Shown here in pieces: positions 26,300 to 38,892 of a DNA stretch of 64,000 nucleotides; positions within the stretch are counted from its first letter, which is position 1, and every line of letters starts with the position of its first letter. The stretch is taken from NCBI GenBank assembly GCA_036172245.1, contig JAYWIR010000061.1, positions 496,001 through 560,000 of the forward strand, written 5' to 3'. The stretch comes from Raillietiella orientalis. Taxonomy: Eukaryota. The position numbers and the translations under genes are program-made. The notes below the pieces were generated by a model that searched no databases, was not told where the DNA came from, and saw only the letters and a list, made by a program, of their open reading frames with translations.

Positions 26300-27000
26300 C
26301 TGACGGGTGTCAAAGGGTTGGCGCAAGGTGGGCACATCGACTCATCTTCATCCTGTACCAGTGCAGGCCATGAAGAAAGGAGGTTCCGGGTAGAATCCGG
26401 AATGCAGATCCCGGCTCCTGACACTAGGATGGCACCAAGTCTGACCGGGATTGGGCTGCAAGCAGAGGTTTCAGGATCGGCGTCGCCAGCCCAGCTGGTA
26501 GTCCTTCCAACGTTCGTGCGTGGTCGGCGGGGAGGTGGGGCAGGGGCGCTGCGCGATTTCGCGCTTCCCCTTGTCTCGCTGGGCAACGAGAGGACGCTGG
26601 TCAGCTTGAGCCCGCTGGGGTGTCCTCCGTACCGTATCCAGTGGATAGCAGCCTTTCTCCGGAACCCTCCCTTCTTTCAGGAAAGAACATACCCTCGAGA
26701 GGGGTCAAAGAGGGCCACGTTCCGGAAACTTCCGTACCAGTGGACTTGCCCGGAATCTTCCAAGGTGAAGATGAAGGTCTTTCCTCTCCCATGGACGCAT
26801 TCCGTGGACACCCCATTTACGTTCAGCCCCCCTCCCTCCGTTCACGGCAGCCTAGCCCTAGAGACAGCCTGGTTCCAAACCGACTCCCTCGCAACGGAGT
26901 TCGAAACACCCTATGGGGCTGTACCAGCCAGGAGAAGCGTTTGGATTCCACCCTCCCTCAATGTGAGCCACTCCCCTTCCTTCGCCGGCGGCTAAGTCCG
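26300..27000 (+). mobile_element. Non-LTR retrotransposon reverse transcriptase relic
   Basis: 'GIGLQAEVSG' (QxGFR), 'ALRDFALPLVSL..RTLVSLSPLGCPPYRIQWIAAFLRN' (LDxxxAFD...LxxxGxPxxxxxWIxxFLxNR), 'RGVKEGHV' (GVPQGS). Confidence 0.6.
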
Positions 27001-28579
27001 CAACTGTCCGCTCCACAGAGTGAGCCCTGAGCACTCCTCTGGGCGCTCGTTCGACGGCGCGCGCCCTACCGAACAGGGGTTTCAGCTCGGTTGCCAAGTT
27101 CCGGCTTCCCGCAAGGACGGCGGCCTCCGTTTCCTTTCCCCTCCCCCTTTGTCTCCCCGAACGCCGCCGTCGCCGCTGTCGCTTCCCCAGTCGCCGATGG
27201 CGACCGGCGGCGCTTGAAAAAGCCGCTCCGACGCGGCTCTGGAGCAAGACGCAGCCTCCACGCGAACCTGGATGCCAAAAGGGACCGTTTCGGGAAACCT
27301 CAACAGGAGAGTAAAAAAGAAGATGCGCAAAAAAGAAAAAAAAGATAAAGAAGAAGAAGGAGAAAAAAAAAAGCTTCCCTGTGGAGAGAGAGGGAGGAAA
27401 GAGTCTGCTGCGTTCCGAGAAGGGCAACTTCGGAGTCGCGTCGCATCTCTTTTTCCCTCTCTCCCTCCCGTTCTCTCTCTTGGGTGACCTGGAGCAAGAC
27501 AATGGGAATAGTAGACGCTCCTCACACCGCAGAAAAGGGGGCGTCTGGGAGCCAACTGCACCAGAACGGGTTTGGCGAGAAAACGCGCGCTGCCGAATTC
27601 CCCCTTTCGTCACCGGTAAGGAAAGACTGCCGGTGACAAGTGCACAAGAATCATTCCCTATCTCTCTACGCACTGATTTACAGCTATAAAAAGATTTCTG
27701 CTCCTATCCCATCCTCTCTCTCTCCTCCTCCCCCCTTCCTCTCTCTCTCTCTCTCTTGATCACCTTGGCAACTCGGAAGAGCGATTGCTTAGGAGAGGCT
27801 GCGGAGGGTTTCCGGAGGACTGGCGGGGACGAAATCGCTCTCACAGCACCGCCTCTTCTCTGAGAAGACCCTCCCAAACGGAGGGCGTCCAGCAGGATCC
27901 CCCAGGTCACGGAAGCGGGGGAGGAGGGAGACTTCAGAAGGGCGGGGTCAAAAGAAGCCTGAGGCGCACAGTCAACCGACTCCCGCGAGTCGACTGGGAA
28001 TTTCGGCTGGATTTGGTACTTTGGAAAGCACCAGACAATCTTAGAATTCTGCTAATCCTCCGATGGATCGAGGGAGGGAGGACGAGGGAGGGAAGAGAGA
28101 GAGCACTTGGAGAGGGAGGGGCGTGGCGAAGGAAGGCGACTGGGCACTGCGCGAACCAAATCTCTTCTTCCGGAGGAGCACAGGTACCGGACCGAGCCCG
28201 CCGCCTCTGGGCTCCTCGTGATCGTGGGATTTATGCGACGCCACGAGTCCTACGGGAGCCTAAGCGCGCGCATGCAGACGGCTCGAGAACGCAGGACGGA
28301 ACGTCCCAGCACCTAAGCGCAGCATCCGGGGAATCGGCTAGCCACCGCGTCGGGGAGATGCGGCATCGCCACCCTGGACCGAACTAGCGGACAGCGGAGA
28401 TGGCGGAAGTGCTCTGAACAACGCATCACCTTCTCCCAAAAGAAGAATCCCCGAGGTAAAAAGCCCGGCAGGCATTCCTATGGGTCCAGAGAGAGGAAGA
28501 AGAAAAAGTAGCGTGGCGAGGCTGCGGGAAGAGCGGCCTGCTCGAAGTCTGAAAACGGCAAGAATGCAACTGGTTGCAT

Positions 28580-29335
28580 GAGCAAGTGGATTTTAGGAAG
28601 AGCGGTGGTGGGTGGCAAGAGCCGCTGCTCCCGCGGGAAGATCCGGGTCGACGGGAGGAGGAGGAGAGAAACTCAGCTTCCCTATTCTAAATTTACTTCC
28701 GGTGGTGGAGATACAGCAGGCAGACGCACGCGGAAGGCAAGTCCTTGCCGGAAAGAATGAAATTAATGATCAGAGAGACGACGGCAATGGCAGACAATCA
28801 TCTCGTGACTCACAAAGTCTTTGGTAACTGGAAGCCGACCGGAAAAATGCTGCTGCTTGCATCCTTTGAGCGCGTTGTGTCACTGCGCGAAAGATGTTCC
28901 TCTTGCAGAAGCAAAATGTTCTAAACTTCTGAAGAGGTCTGGACAGGAGCAGTGGCGGTCGGATGCACCGGACCTTTCGCGCGCCAGTCTTAGCAACGGT
29001 CGCTCCTCGTCTGGTTCCTCTGTCCAGAGGCAAAGGTCTTCAGGAACAGAACCTGTGCTTCCCTTTACCGGGCAGGCGGCAGGCCGCTACGGAACTCCTA
29101 GAGGGTGCTTTTATGTCTCCTGGGGAACTCCCACGGGGAAAGAATCTTACGCGAACGAACGCCGGAAGTCCGACAGCAAAGGAGATGGTCCAATGACCAC
29201 AGATTGCATCGTCAGAGGTACCGAGGTCCTCTGTTTAAGAGATGCACTCGGGAGGTAGCTTCTCTGGAGCACCCCCCTTCATATGGCAAAGCACAGGCAC
29301 TTTTCCGGAAAAACAGGAAGCCGACTTCTTGCTAG
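28580..29335 (+). pseudogene. Near-complete, apparently intronless BTB-BACK relic
   Basis: 'AVVGGKSRCSR...LPYSKFTSG', 'VVEIQQAD', 'MLLLASFERVVSLRERC', 'LLCLLGNSH..LRERTPEVRQQRRWSNDHRLHRQRYRGPLFKRC', colinear with the BTB-BACK consensus over several frames. Confidence 0.55.
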
Positions 29336-29730
29336 CCTTGCAGGGGCGAGGTCACCGGATGAAGGACTTCTGCGGATCCGGTCTTTGAGTAAACAAGGAG
29401 GCCCCCTAGTTGGATGACTTGCCGGGGCGCAGGACTTTAAATTTTCTACGACGAAGAGGTTTCCACAGACATTCAACAAACCACGAGTGGAACAACCGGG
29501 GCAGCAGAAAAATCCAGAACGGAATCGAATAGGGAGTTGCATAATTGAAAATTCTAGAATGCGAGTGCAAGGCCTAGGACTGCGCTCCTACTGGGTAATC
29601 CACTAAAAGCGACCCATCTCAGACCTGGCAGCATTTTTCCATGAAGCAAGCAGGACTCGATGTGGACCGGTTCCTAGTAGCTCACCCCGTAGGGCATACG
29701 ACAACAACCCTCTATGTGACGGGAGATTCC

Positions 29731-31130
29731 TTTTTTTTTTTTTTTTTGGTTCTCAAGGGGTGCTGAAGAATCGCTTGCCTTAGGGAGGGGAAGGGGCTCA
29801 AGAAACCCTTTGACGCTGTTCAAGCCACCCGAGGGTGCGTGTGTAACTCTTCAAGTTAGGAGGCGACTTCGGATGGACCACTCTATGGATCCAGGAGGAG
29901 TCTGGAGGAAGAAATCCTTCTCTTTCTCACGCTTGGAGGGGGTGTGGAAACCTCGAAGGGAACCTCTTCCCTATTCTCTGCGGAGGAATCACCCAGAGGG
30001 GGCCACGCATTTCTTCTCCGAAAGGAACACGGAAAGCACTGGCCAGTCAATGGGGCATCCGGCTTTTTCAACTGCCGCACCCGAATGGGCCAACCAAGGG
30101 GCCAATCAGCTCCACCCTGCAGGTGAGGAGGGACTCGAAACCCACACGACGCACCCCACATTTTCTCGGCATCGACAATTCCCCAGGAAGGATTCGAACC
30201 CGCGAACCCCCGTCGGTGCCAAGCGCGGAGATCTCAACCTCACGGCCGTCAATGTGGACCGTGGAAACGGAACTACCGGAGGCTCGACAGAAGCGCAGAG
30301 TGTAGTGTACGAGCGAAGAGAGCTGGAACTCCCGTCAGCAACACTAGTGGGTCTTCTCGACTCTGGTTCCATGCCTTTCCAGGCTTCAACACCACTCTTT
30401 CTAGCAAAAGGTACCAAAGAGACGAGGTTGAGTTGCTTGGAGACGAGGAAAGTCTACTAAGGTGAGTACTGCTGGAACACAATCCCTATCTTCCAGGAGA
30501 GCAGCGACGGGAAGACGATGCGCGGAGGAGCGAGACGGGAGCGTGTACCAGCCGCAACCGGAGGAGCTGGCGACCATCGTCTAGCAGGCTGCCGCGTCGA
30601 CGCTTTCCGGAGCAGATCAACCTGATCTCGTTTCCGGGAAAAGGACCCCCATTTGACCCAGCAGGAATTCCCAGGAGCAAATCGCCCCCTTCTCTCGAGT
30701 GCAAGGGCAGACGGAGAGTGCGCCACCAGCTCGAGAGAAAGGGAGATCTTCCGGGAGGGATTCCGTGGCGGAAGAGCCATGCGGGTACTGAGTGCAGAAT
30801 CTCCCGAGGTTTCTTCCGTAAGGAGTGCTCGGGAAGGAGGAGTCCTCCGGGCCATGTCTCAAATTTATCGACAGCCGTACAGATCGAGGAGCGAAGGGCG
30901 CATCTCAAGGAGTCCCGGACTGCCTGGAGGGAGAGCAAAAGCCCCTGGGCTAGCCAAGAGCAAACAATGGAGAGGAGGGCGCAAAGGATTTGCTGCTGGA
31001 TCCGTTTCCTGATCCGGCGGCTTTCGAGGTCGAAGACCGATTCGCCCGGAGGGGGAGAGCCACATGTCGGAAAAGCGACCGTCACCGTGAGGAGGATTTT
31101 GGTCCTCAAACCAGGAAGAAGGAAGCGAAA
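29731..31130 (-). mobile_element. RNase H-bearing LINE, 5'-truncated, with poly(A) tail (family B)
   Basis: Thumb-like 'LLSIVCSW..LLSLQAVRDSLRCALRSS..TWPGGLLL'; RNase H-like 'VADGSSSSLRS' and 'AVRLRSPRLAPTGVRGFE' (VxLxWVPGHxGVxGNE). A T run at ~29731-29747 is poly(A) on the minus strand. 3' UTR shared with ~48330, ~49280 and ~60290. Confidence 0.7.
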
Positions 31131-34100
31131 CACAGGCGTCGTGTGGCGCGGGGGTTGAATGCGAGGGGACTGTAGTCTAGGGCTCGTGCAAAAAGGTCAT
31201 CTTCGCACTTGCTCCCTGACCCCATTTCAAAAGAGGGAGGGCGCTTGGATTTTGGAAAACTGATCCCTGGAAGTGCCCCGTACTCCTCCCACCGCCTCCT
31301 CGAAGAAGGCCGAGATCTGCTGTGGAGTTTCCAGGGCCCTCATTGAAGGAGACTAAGTATGGCCTTCTGACCCCAAGCCCTCGAGCTCAATCTCGAGAAA
31401 GGGAACAACGTCGTCCGGAAAGCTCGGCCCATCGGAACTGACGGGAACCTCTGGACGTGACCAGAGAGCAGGAGTCGGTCACTCCACTCCATCAGGAAAA
31501 CACTTCGTGTCCAGCACGAAGAGGAAGCCACCCTAAAAATCCCCTCCGGCTACCTCATGGGATGTTCTCAAAAGATGAAGGATGGGAAGGGAAAGGAAAT
31601 CTGTGAATCGCACGTACTAAAAGAGGGAGGGAACGGGTCCGTGCCTCCGAGCAAGGAAGGGAAAGAAGACAAAGTCCTGCTCTCTCCTTCCTTCCAAAAG
31701 GGGGGTGAGGCTGCATCATCCCCTCTCCTCCCGATCGAGGATATGTCCTTCTCCTCCGTTCCGAGATGTGCCGAGCACCCTCCGAGAGGACCGACCCACC
31801 CCTCCCTTGCCGGCGCCACGTGATTCTCCCGGCTCGCACAGGGCAATGCTCACTCGATGCAGCATCCAGCTCGCATCCCGGATTCCCCAGAGGACACCAG
31901 AGACAGACGCTCCTCTTTTCTTTGTAGCTCAGAAGTCACGACGGGTGTAAGGAAGGAGCCCGGAGCGTGACTGCGCGCCTTCCAGCCACCGCCGACCATC
32001 GCCTCATCCCCACCTCGGTCGCAAAGCGGCCACTCGGACGAGCCGCCGTATAACCCCCTCGTGGCTCGTCCGAGAAACTCCCGTGTCCTCCCTCCCGTCT
32101 CGATCGCGCGTTCGGTCGTCCTTTCCCTCCGCCCGCCTCCGGGATCCCGGGCGCCTCGTGAGGTTCCTCCCGCCCTGACTCTCCGGAGAGCCAGCCGGAA
32201 CCCCTGCGGAAACTCTCCCGGAAACGTCCTTCTTCCCGCGCGAGCCGAGTCTCCATTCATCCTTCTCCCGGTCACGCGCTCCCGTGAGGGTCCTCCAGTT
32301 CCTCCGCATCCTGTAGGGAGCGACCCACCCGATCCGAGAAGGGAGAGGGGGAACCATTGCCTCCCTCACCCATTCTCCCTTCTAGGCCTGTTCCTTCAGG
32401 AAGCGCCCGTCCGTCTCATCTCGGATCTCTCCGAGCGGAGGCGGCGACTTCGCCGAAAGAGCTCGATCTCTCCCAAACCCTTTCCCCTCTTGCCCTTGAA
32501 GTTGCTTCGCATAGCCATGGAGACGGCCAGCTCCGCGCGATTCATCAGGAGATACCGAGGCTGCAGCTCGGGGCTCGCTGACGTCAGCCAAGCGGTCTCA
32601 AGATGGCGAAGTGTCCGAGACTCTTTCGGTTCCGCGGCCGGGTAGGAAGAGTGGGAAGAACGAGGGTCGGGATCTCGGTGGGGTAAGGAGGAGGGGAGGG
32701 GCAAGGTGGGGAGAGGAATGAGGGGGCTCCAGGAAAGCGGGAGGCTGTGGCTCCGTTTTCCTGGGTTGAGGCTGCGAGGGCTTCACCTCCGGGAGGACAG
32801 ATGGAGAGCTCAGGGACGTCCAGGATGGACCTTCCCGCGCTTCCCTTCCCTCCCCTGAGCGGCGCGCGCATCCCGTTTCCGCGCAACCCGATCAGGAGCG
32901 GGAAACCTTTCGCTTGAACGCGGGATAGGCGGGACCTCTGCAAGGGGGGCCAGCCCTCCTCCCCCCTGTTCCCCGAGGATCCCACGTGACCTCTCGAGAC
33001 CCTCCCCGGGTCCGTCCGCGCGCCCCCGCTCCCGTCCTGACCCTCGCGACTTTGTGCGGCAACAACAGCATCCCCGCGGCCTAGCCCGCCTCCGGCCTCG
33101 ACCCACTCGCGCCCCACCCAGGCACTTCACGGCGCTTCACTGCCCACGCGTTTGGTGCCTATTCGACTCGTCTATTTCCGGACGCCCCGGAACGAGTCGC
33201 TTTTTTTCCTTCCCCCCCCCCCCCCTTTCCCTTTAACCCTCCCTTTCCTCTCTCTCCCTCTCTTATTCTCTCCTCCTCCCCTCCGGGATCGTCGGAGGGA
33301 ATGTTCGCGAAATCCAATATCAGCTGCGCACGGGTTTCCCGTGCTGACGCGGGATGAGGTGGTGCGGAGCAACCGGCAGGACCGAACTTCCCTCCCTTTC
33401 CTCCCTTTTTTCTCCCCTGCAATGTGTCGGAGGCGGTTCATTTCTGAAGATTGCCAGCGTACGCGAAGAGCGAGGCACCCCCGTACCACGGGGGAGGAAG
33501 GAGGAGGGCGCTTCCAAGATCCTGAATCCCCTCTCCTTCCTTTCCAGACACCGCAGCGGCTAAGCACGCACGCGGGTGGGAGGGTCGTCGAGCGCAGGAC
33601 GACTGCGACGGATGCCGGGGGTCACCGCGAAGAGGAGCTACCGTATATGGTGGAGACGCCCGGCCGTCTCCGATGACCTGGGACGGGAGGGACAGAATCC
33701 GGAAGAGAAAACGGGAACGTTTAGAGGAAAATCACCTCCCGAGCACCCCTGCGGAAAGGAAGTTAAGCCCAAGGGGCGTGAGTGAAGAGCTTTCTCGGGC
33801 ACTTTCCAGCTGGTCGAAAGGAAGGAGGAACGAGGTCTTTGCCGACGGCGTTTCAGAGGCGCCGCTTGATCCGGGAAGCCCACCGTGTTGCGAGCTCACG
33901 AGGGAAGCTCTGCAACTCCCGAGTGACAGAAGGAGGCTGCGCAGGCGTGGACCAACGAAAGGCGCGCACGCTGGCGCTTACGCGAACGAGGCCTTCGATC
34001 CGCTCGGGGAAGGACGCGGGTCATCCCGGTCGGCACTCAAACCACTGGCTCCCCAAGGGCACTTCCCATCCGACCCTCCCGAAGATGCACCCGCCTCCGC

Positions 34101-34489
34101 AGCTCACCCTTGCCTCGCGATCAGACGGGAGAGGAGGCGGCATGGAGGGAGGGAAGCGCACACCGATGGAGCTGACCCACGCGTCTCCAGGAGAACTCAT
34201 GAGGCCGGCTTGCCGGTTTGGTGAGATCCCAAGAGAAAGGTTGTAGGGAGGAACATGGGACCTTGCGAGGAAGGTCCTTGCGAGCTCGGCAGGATTTCTC
34301 TTCTCGAGAAGGCATCCGCCCCCGCGGCCTTCCAAGGTGGATCTTCTTGCGCCATCCTGAGAGTGAGGAAAGGAGGAACGGTGCTGACGTGACAGATTCC
34401 CCGCTGATGCTTCTCCCTCCCGGAGGAATCTTCCCTGAAGCACGAAAGTTCATACAAAAAAGACGGACCCCCCATCTTCCTCTCCTAGA

Positions 34490-37250
34490 GTCGCGAGCTA
34501 GGATTGCCAGGCGACTGCACGATCGATCCGTCGGACGTCGACAGCCGAATGCCTGCCGTGGGCCTGGGAATTCCCCTCGAGGCTGGCGCTTCGAGCACGC
34601 TGCTTCGTAACGACGGTCCGCTCCGCCCCGGCACCATGGAAACGACCCGGGAACGCTGGAAAGCGACTATCCTTTCGCCGCTACCGGAAGCAGCGACAGT
34701 TCCCTGGAGCAGCAGCAGGACGTGCCTTCCCAAGAGGGGGCTGCTGTCTCGCCCTGGGTAGCGACCGGAGGCGCAGTGGGCAGCGTTCCAGCGAGCCTCC
34801 CTGGTTGGCCCGGTCGGTGCCCACCGCAGGATGACCTCTCCTCGAAGATCCCTAAATCTTCCTTCCCCCTTGGAACCGACCCTTCTTCAAGGAAAAACAA
34901 GAAGCGATCTCTCGGATTTCTCGGGGAAAAGGGGCTCGTCGGGAGCGTCTCTCATCCCAAAACAGCTCCCTTTCCGGGAGAAAGTGGGCTGGGAGAAGAG
35001 AAGACACGGGTGGCTCCTGAGCTCCAGATCTTCTCCTGGGACGCCCTTCCCAGGGAGCACCTCGCAGAAAAAAGTGAGGAGGGAAATCAGCCCCTTGCGG
35101 CCTATCCGGAAGTCCCCCCTCACCCCGATGGGTTCGGCGCCAAGACGGCGGGAGCGAGCGCGGCACAGCGGAGGCCACCCTCGCGGCCGAAAGGGATGGA
35201 CGTGGACGAGGGGTGAGTGGACGGCCAGCGAGTGGGCGACCTAGACTCCTCTGTTCCAGGAGGTGGAGGCGGGGAATCCAGAGGGGAAGCCCTCGGGCTA
35301 CTTCCCCTCTCACTCCCCTCCACGGAAAATGCGTGATGATCCTTCCCCGTGGCGGCGCTTCCGGAGGAGGGAAAGCGGGAAGTCTCCAGGGAAATCCCCA
35401 CGGCGGGGAGTTAACCCGAGCCGCCCGCAGAGGAGGTTCCCCCTTTTCCTCCTTCTCGCCCCCTCGGAAGGGAGTGGAGTGCGAGGCAATCCTACTCCCC
35501 GCAGGGACTTTTCCCGTCTCCCCACTGTGGTCGCCGAGGCCGGGCGTCTGCGCACTCCCATCGCGGCAGCAAGGCCAGCGGCGCCTCAGGAGATCCCACC
35601 CGACCCTTTGCGGCCTTTCTGCTTCTCGTCCCGGTCCTCCCTCCCCCTGGATGTTCCTCTCTTCTTCCCACCAATCTCGCAGAGCTCCCGCTTGCGCCGC
35701 TGCGCGCTCTGAAGAGGCGGCGGGAGAACGAGGAGCACGGGAAGAAGGAAGGAGAACATCTCCGGGAAGGAAAGGCGGAGAGTTCCCCGGAATCTCCTCT
35801 GACCGCGGCGCTCCCTTCCCGTTTCGGGAGAGATTTTTTTTTTTCTTTTGAAAGGGGGGGGTCCCCCGCGGAAGGGATGCCTGCCCAGCGTCTCCCGGGA
35901 GAAGGATAGCTGCTCCTTCTCTCCTGCCTGCGTACCCCCTCCGTATCCCTTCCGGAGCTCGTGAGACTTCCAGACGCTCCCCCCTTCCATCCTTTTCCAC
36001 CGCCGCCTCATTCCTCTCCGGGATTCCTCTGGAAGAGCCAGTCGGGAGTGTGAGGGGAGTAGGGACGGGGTGTTTCCCGGCTCGCAATGTCCCCTCAGGC
36101 CCCGGAGACCGGCTGGGACGGGAAGCGGAATGCCTTCTTCCCCACTCCATCGCCGCCCCAGGCGGAGAGAGGAGTCCCTCCCTTTCCGTCATCCTTAAGA
36201 AAGGGAAATTGAAGGAGAGAGGGGGAGGACTCTTCTCCCCCTCCTCTTCTGCAATGGGCGCGGAGAGTCTCGTCTCTCCCCCCCACTGGAGAAAGGGGGA
36301 GGCAGGCGCGGGCTTTTCTCTCTTGATGGCTGCCTCTGGCGCCGGAGATGCCGCCAGCGCCATAAAGAGAGAGCCTTCGCTTCTTCCCCCTCCCCCGTGG
36401 GGAGAAAGAGAAGGGATGTGCGCTTCTTCCCTCCAGCACTTGCGGCGGCGGGTTGGGGGTTGCCGGGAGAGCGGAAAGGGAGCCTTGGAAGTGGGAGGGA
36501 TCGGAATAGGGAAGGATCCCGGGAACCCCTTCTTCCGCGCTACCGCAAGCTCCAAGTAGCAGCGGGCACAGGGAAGGGACCTGACAGAAGGACCATCAGC
36601 CCTATGATCCTCCCGTCGGGAAGAGTTTTGAGTGCTCCCTTCGCGACAGAGGGTGGATCGGATGCTGCAGTCTCTGGGATCGAACAATCACTCGCTCTCC
36701 CAGTTCACGCTCGAGAGCTCCCAGCAATCCCTCCTACCGGCCCGCAGAGGCGCCTTGACCTCCCCCGACAACCATGACAGCCTTTCTCCCTACCCAGCTG
36801 GCCCACGTGTCTTCCCCAAGCTGCAACCTGAACCGGCGGCGAACGCTCCCTGACCCCTCGAAGAAGCATCCCGGAGGTCGGAGGTGGGTGGCCGGGCAAT
36901 CTCTCTCTCCTTCCGGCTCTCTCCCTTCTCCCGGACAGCAATCCCATGGTCCCGGTTCCCGGTAGTCTTTCGCGGAGGAGGCGGAAAGGAAGGAAGGAAG
37001 AGACAGAGGAGGAGGGCAAAAAAAGGGCGCGCGTGCGTCCAGTCCCTCCGCGGTGGCGGCGACGGGACCCTGGATGAAGGAAAGAGGAAGGAAGGGCAGG
37101 AGGAGAGAGGTCCAGGGTGTGTGGAAGCTGGCGACGGGAAGGGGGGAGGGCAGCCATCTGCCCGCCACCCCAAAGCCTGTCTGAACTTCCTCCGCCGTAC
37201 GTCCGTAGGGCTCTATGGGGATTAGTAGTGCCGCGGAATGGGGCGCGAGT
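34490..37250 (-). mobile_element. BEL/Pao pol relic (RNase H to integrase to DUF5641-like C-terminus), copy 3
   Basis: 'AALPPSRRQLPHTLDLSPPAL' (APLKxxTIPRLEL), 'ASPFLQWGGETRLSAPI..EKSPPPL' (PFLD..GGRL..A..KxP), 'FPWRLPAFPPPEAPPRGR' (WxFxPPxAPxxGG), 'SLLTFFCEV', 'LLPAHFL' (LTPAHFL), 'RVVSMVPGRSG..RLSTSDG'. Confidence 0.65.
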
Positions 37251-37541
37251 TCTTTCCGGGCCGATCGAGGGGTGGCGGCGGGTGGGAAAACCTCCCTCCC
37301 CTCTCCTCACGTTCTTCCTCGTCTTTCTCCTCCACCCCATTTCACCTCCTCATGCCCCACCTACTTGATTGCTTGCGACTGGTGGTACTGCACGTAGCGT
37401 CTCTCCCTCTGCCGGACGATGGTGATGATCTTCAGCCAGGGATTGTCCTTGGTGCCACCTCCGCCGAAGCCTCCGCTCTGCCACATGTCTCACGCGAGCG
37501 CTGCGTTTGGAGGCGCTGCGCCACCGCCGGCACCGTCCGCC

Positions 37542-37894
37542 GCACGGGAGGAGGAAAAGGAGGAGGAGGAGGAGGAGGGGCGAGCGATGGGGCGGACGCG
37601 CTGCGACGCACCTTCTCGCCGCCGCCGCCGCCGCTCGCGGGGACGGGGAACCACCGGCAGTCCGCGTGGGTCCCCTGCCTCACTCCCGCCGCGCACGCTC
37701 GTCACAGACCGGCGACAAGGGCGCTCGCCCGCTTCCCGGCTGGCAGAGCGCGCGGATGCGACTCCGCGGGCAACTGTCGAGCTCTCCTCCGGGGAACGTC
37801 ATGGGAGGAGGAGACGGCGGCGGCGCGCGCGCAGACGCGGTCGCAGAGCGTCCGCCCCATCGCTCGCCCCTCCTCCTCCTCCTTCCCCCCGTGC
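37542..37894. repeat. GC-rich inverted repeat (~60-70 bp arms, ~350 bp total)
   Basis: Left arm gcacggg..(gga)n ggggcgagcgatggggcggacgcgctgcgacgc (37542-37609) is the near reverse complement of gcggtcgcagagcgtccgccccatcgctcgcccc(tcc)n..cccgtgc (37837-37894). Confidence 0.85.
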
Positions 37895-38794
37895 CATAAG
37901 CCTTGGTGGTAGATGGAGCAGACCGCCGCCGCCGTGTAGGGCCCTCCTTTGGCGGAAGCACTCGCAGCTGCCGCAGAGGTCCCCACAACCTGAGCGGCTC
38001 TCTACAAAGGGAACCTACCCTTCCCCCCGCTTCCACCTATTCCGACTACTCCGGGTCGCCCTCGGAAGGACGAAGGTGCCAGGGGAGTGGGCGAGGAATA
38101 GAAGCGGACAGCGTCATCCAGCCTCCGTTGGCTCGTTTCCTATCCCTTAGACGCAGGGGATTGCGCGACCTTGGGGGAGGGATTTATTCCTCGAGGGAAA
38201 AGCAACTTTCTCACTGCCGGCCTCCAGGCACTCAAGTCGCGTGGGGAGGGAAGAGACCCCCACCCCCTCTTGCCAAGCCGCCTGCCGAATTTTGGCAGCT
38301 CTTCCGGGAAACAGGAAGACCTGCGCCTGCATACCCTACGCGGGAGCTCCCAGGAGAAACCGGAGATGGAAGGTGACCTTCCTCGAGGAAGGGGAAGTCT
38401 TCCCTTGGCCTCTCCTGCTCCAGACCATCTCTGGAAGCTAAGGATCCTGAACAACCCGCTTTTCTTTCTTTCTTTTTTCCTCTCTTTCTTCCCCTGTCCC
38501 TATCCACCATTGCCCGGATGAATGGGGCGCAATGGAGCCCCTCTGCTCCTGCGCGCACCCGATCTCCAGCGAATCCTTCTCCTGGACTCCAGTCGAGAGA
38601 CCGAGGAAACTCTTCCTCCTCTCTGAGACCTGAAGCTCCTTACTCATCTTTCCTGTTTGTCTCTGTCCGACTCGGGATGCGGGACCCGGGAGCGGTCCAC
38701 GGCGATGCTGCCTTCCCGCAGTATAAGGATCATCAGAACCTCAAGAGGACTGCCGCAGGGAAGAATCGTGCAATCTCATTGAACGTCCAGGATT

Positions 38795-38892
38795 CTCCTC
38801 CATTCTTCCTCCTTGTCTTCTCCCTCTTCTTCTTCCTTTGATTTTTCCTCCACCTCCTCCCTTTCTTATTCTTCTTCCTCCTCTTCCTCCCG
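38795..38892. repeat. Low-complexity pyrimidine tract (TTC/TCC)
   Basis: Read directly from the sequence. Confidence 0.7.
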
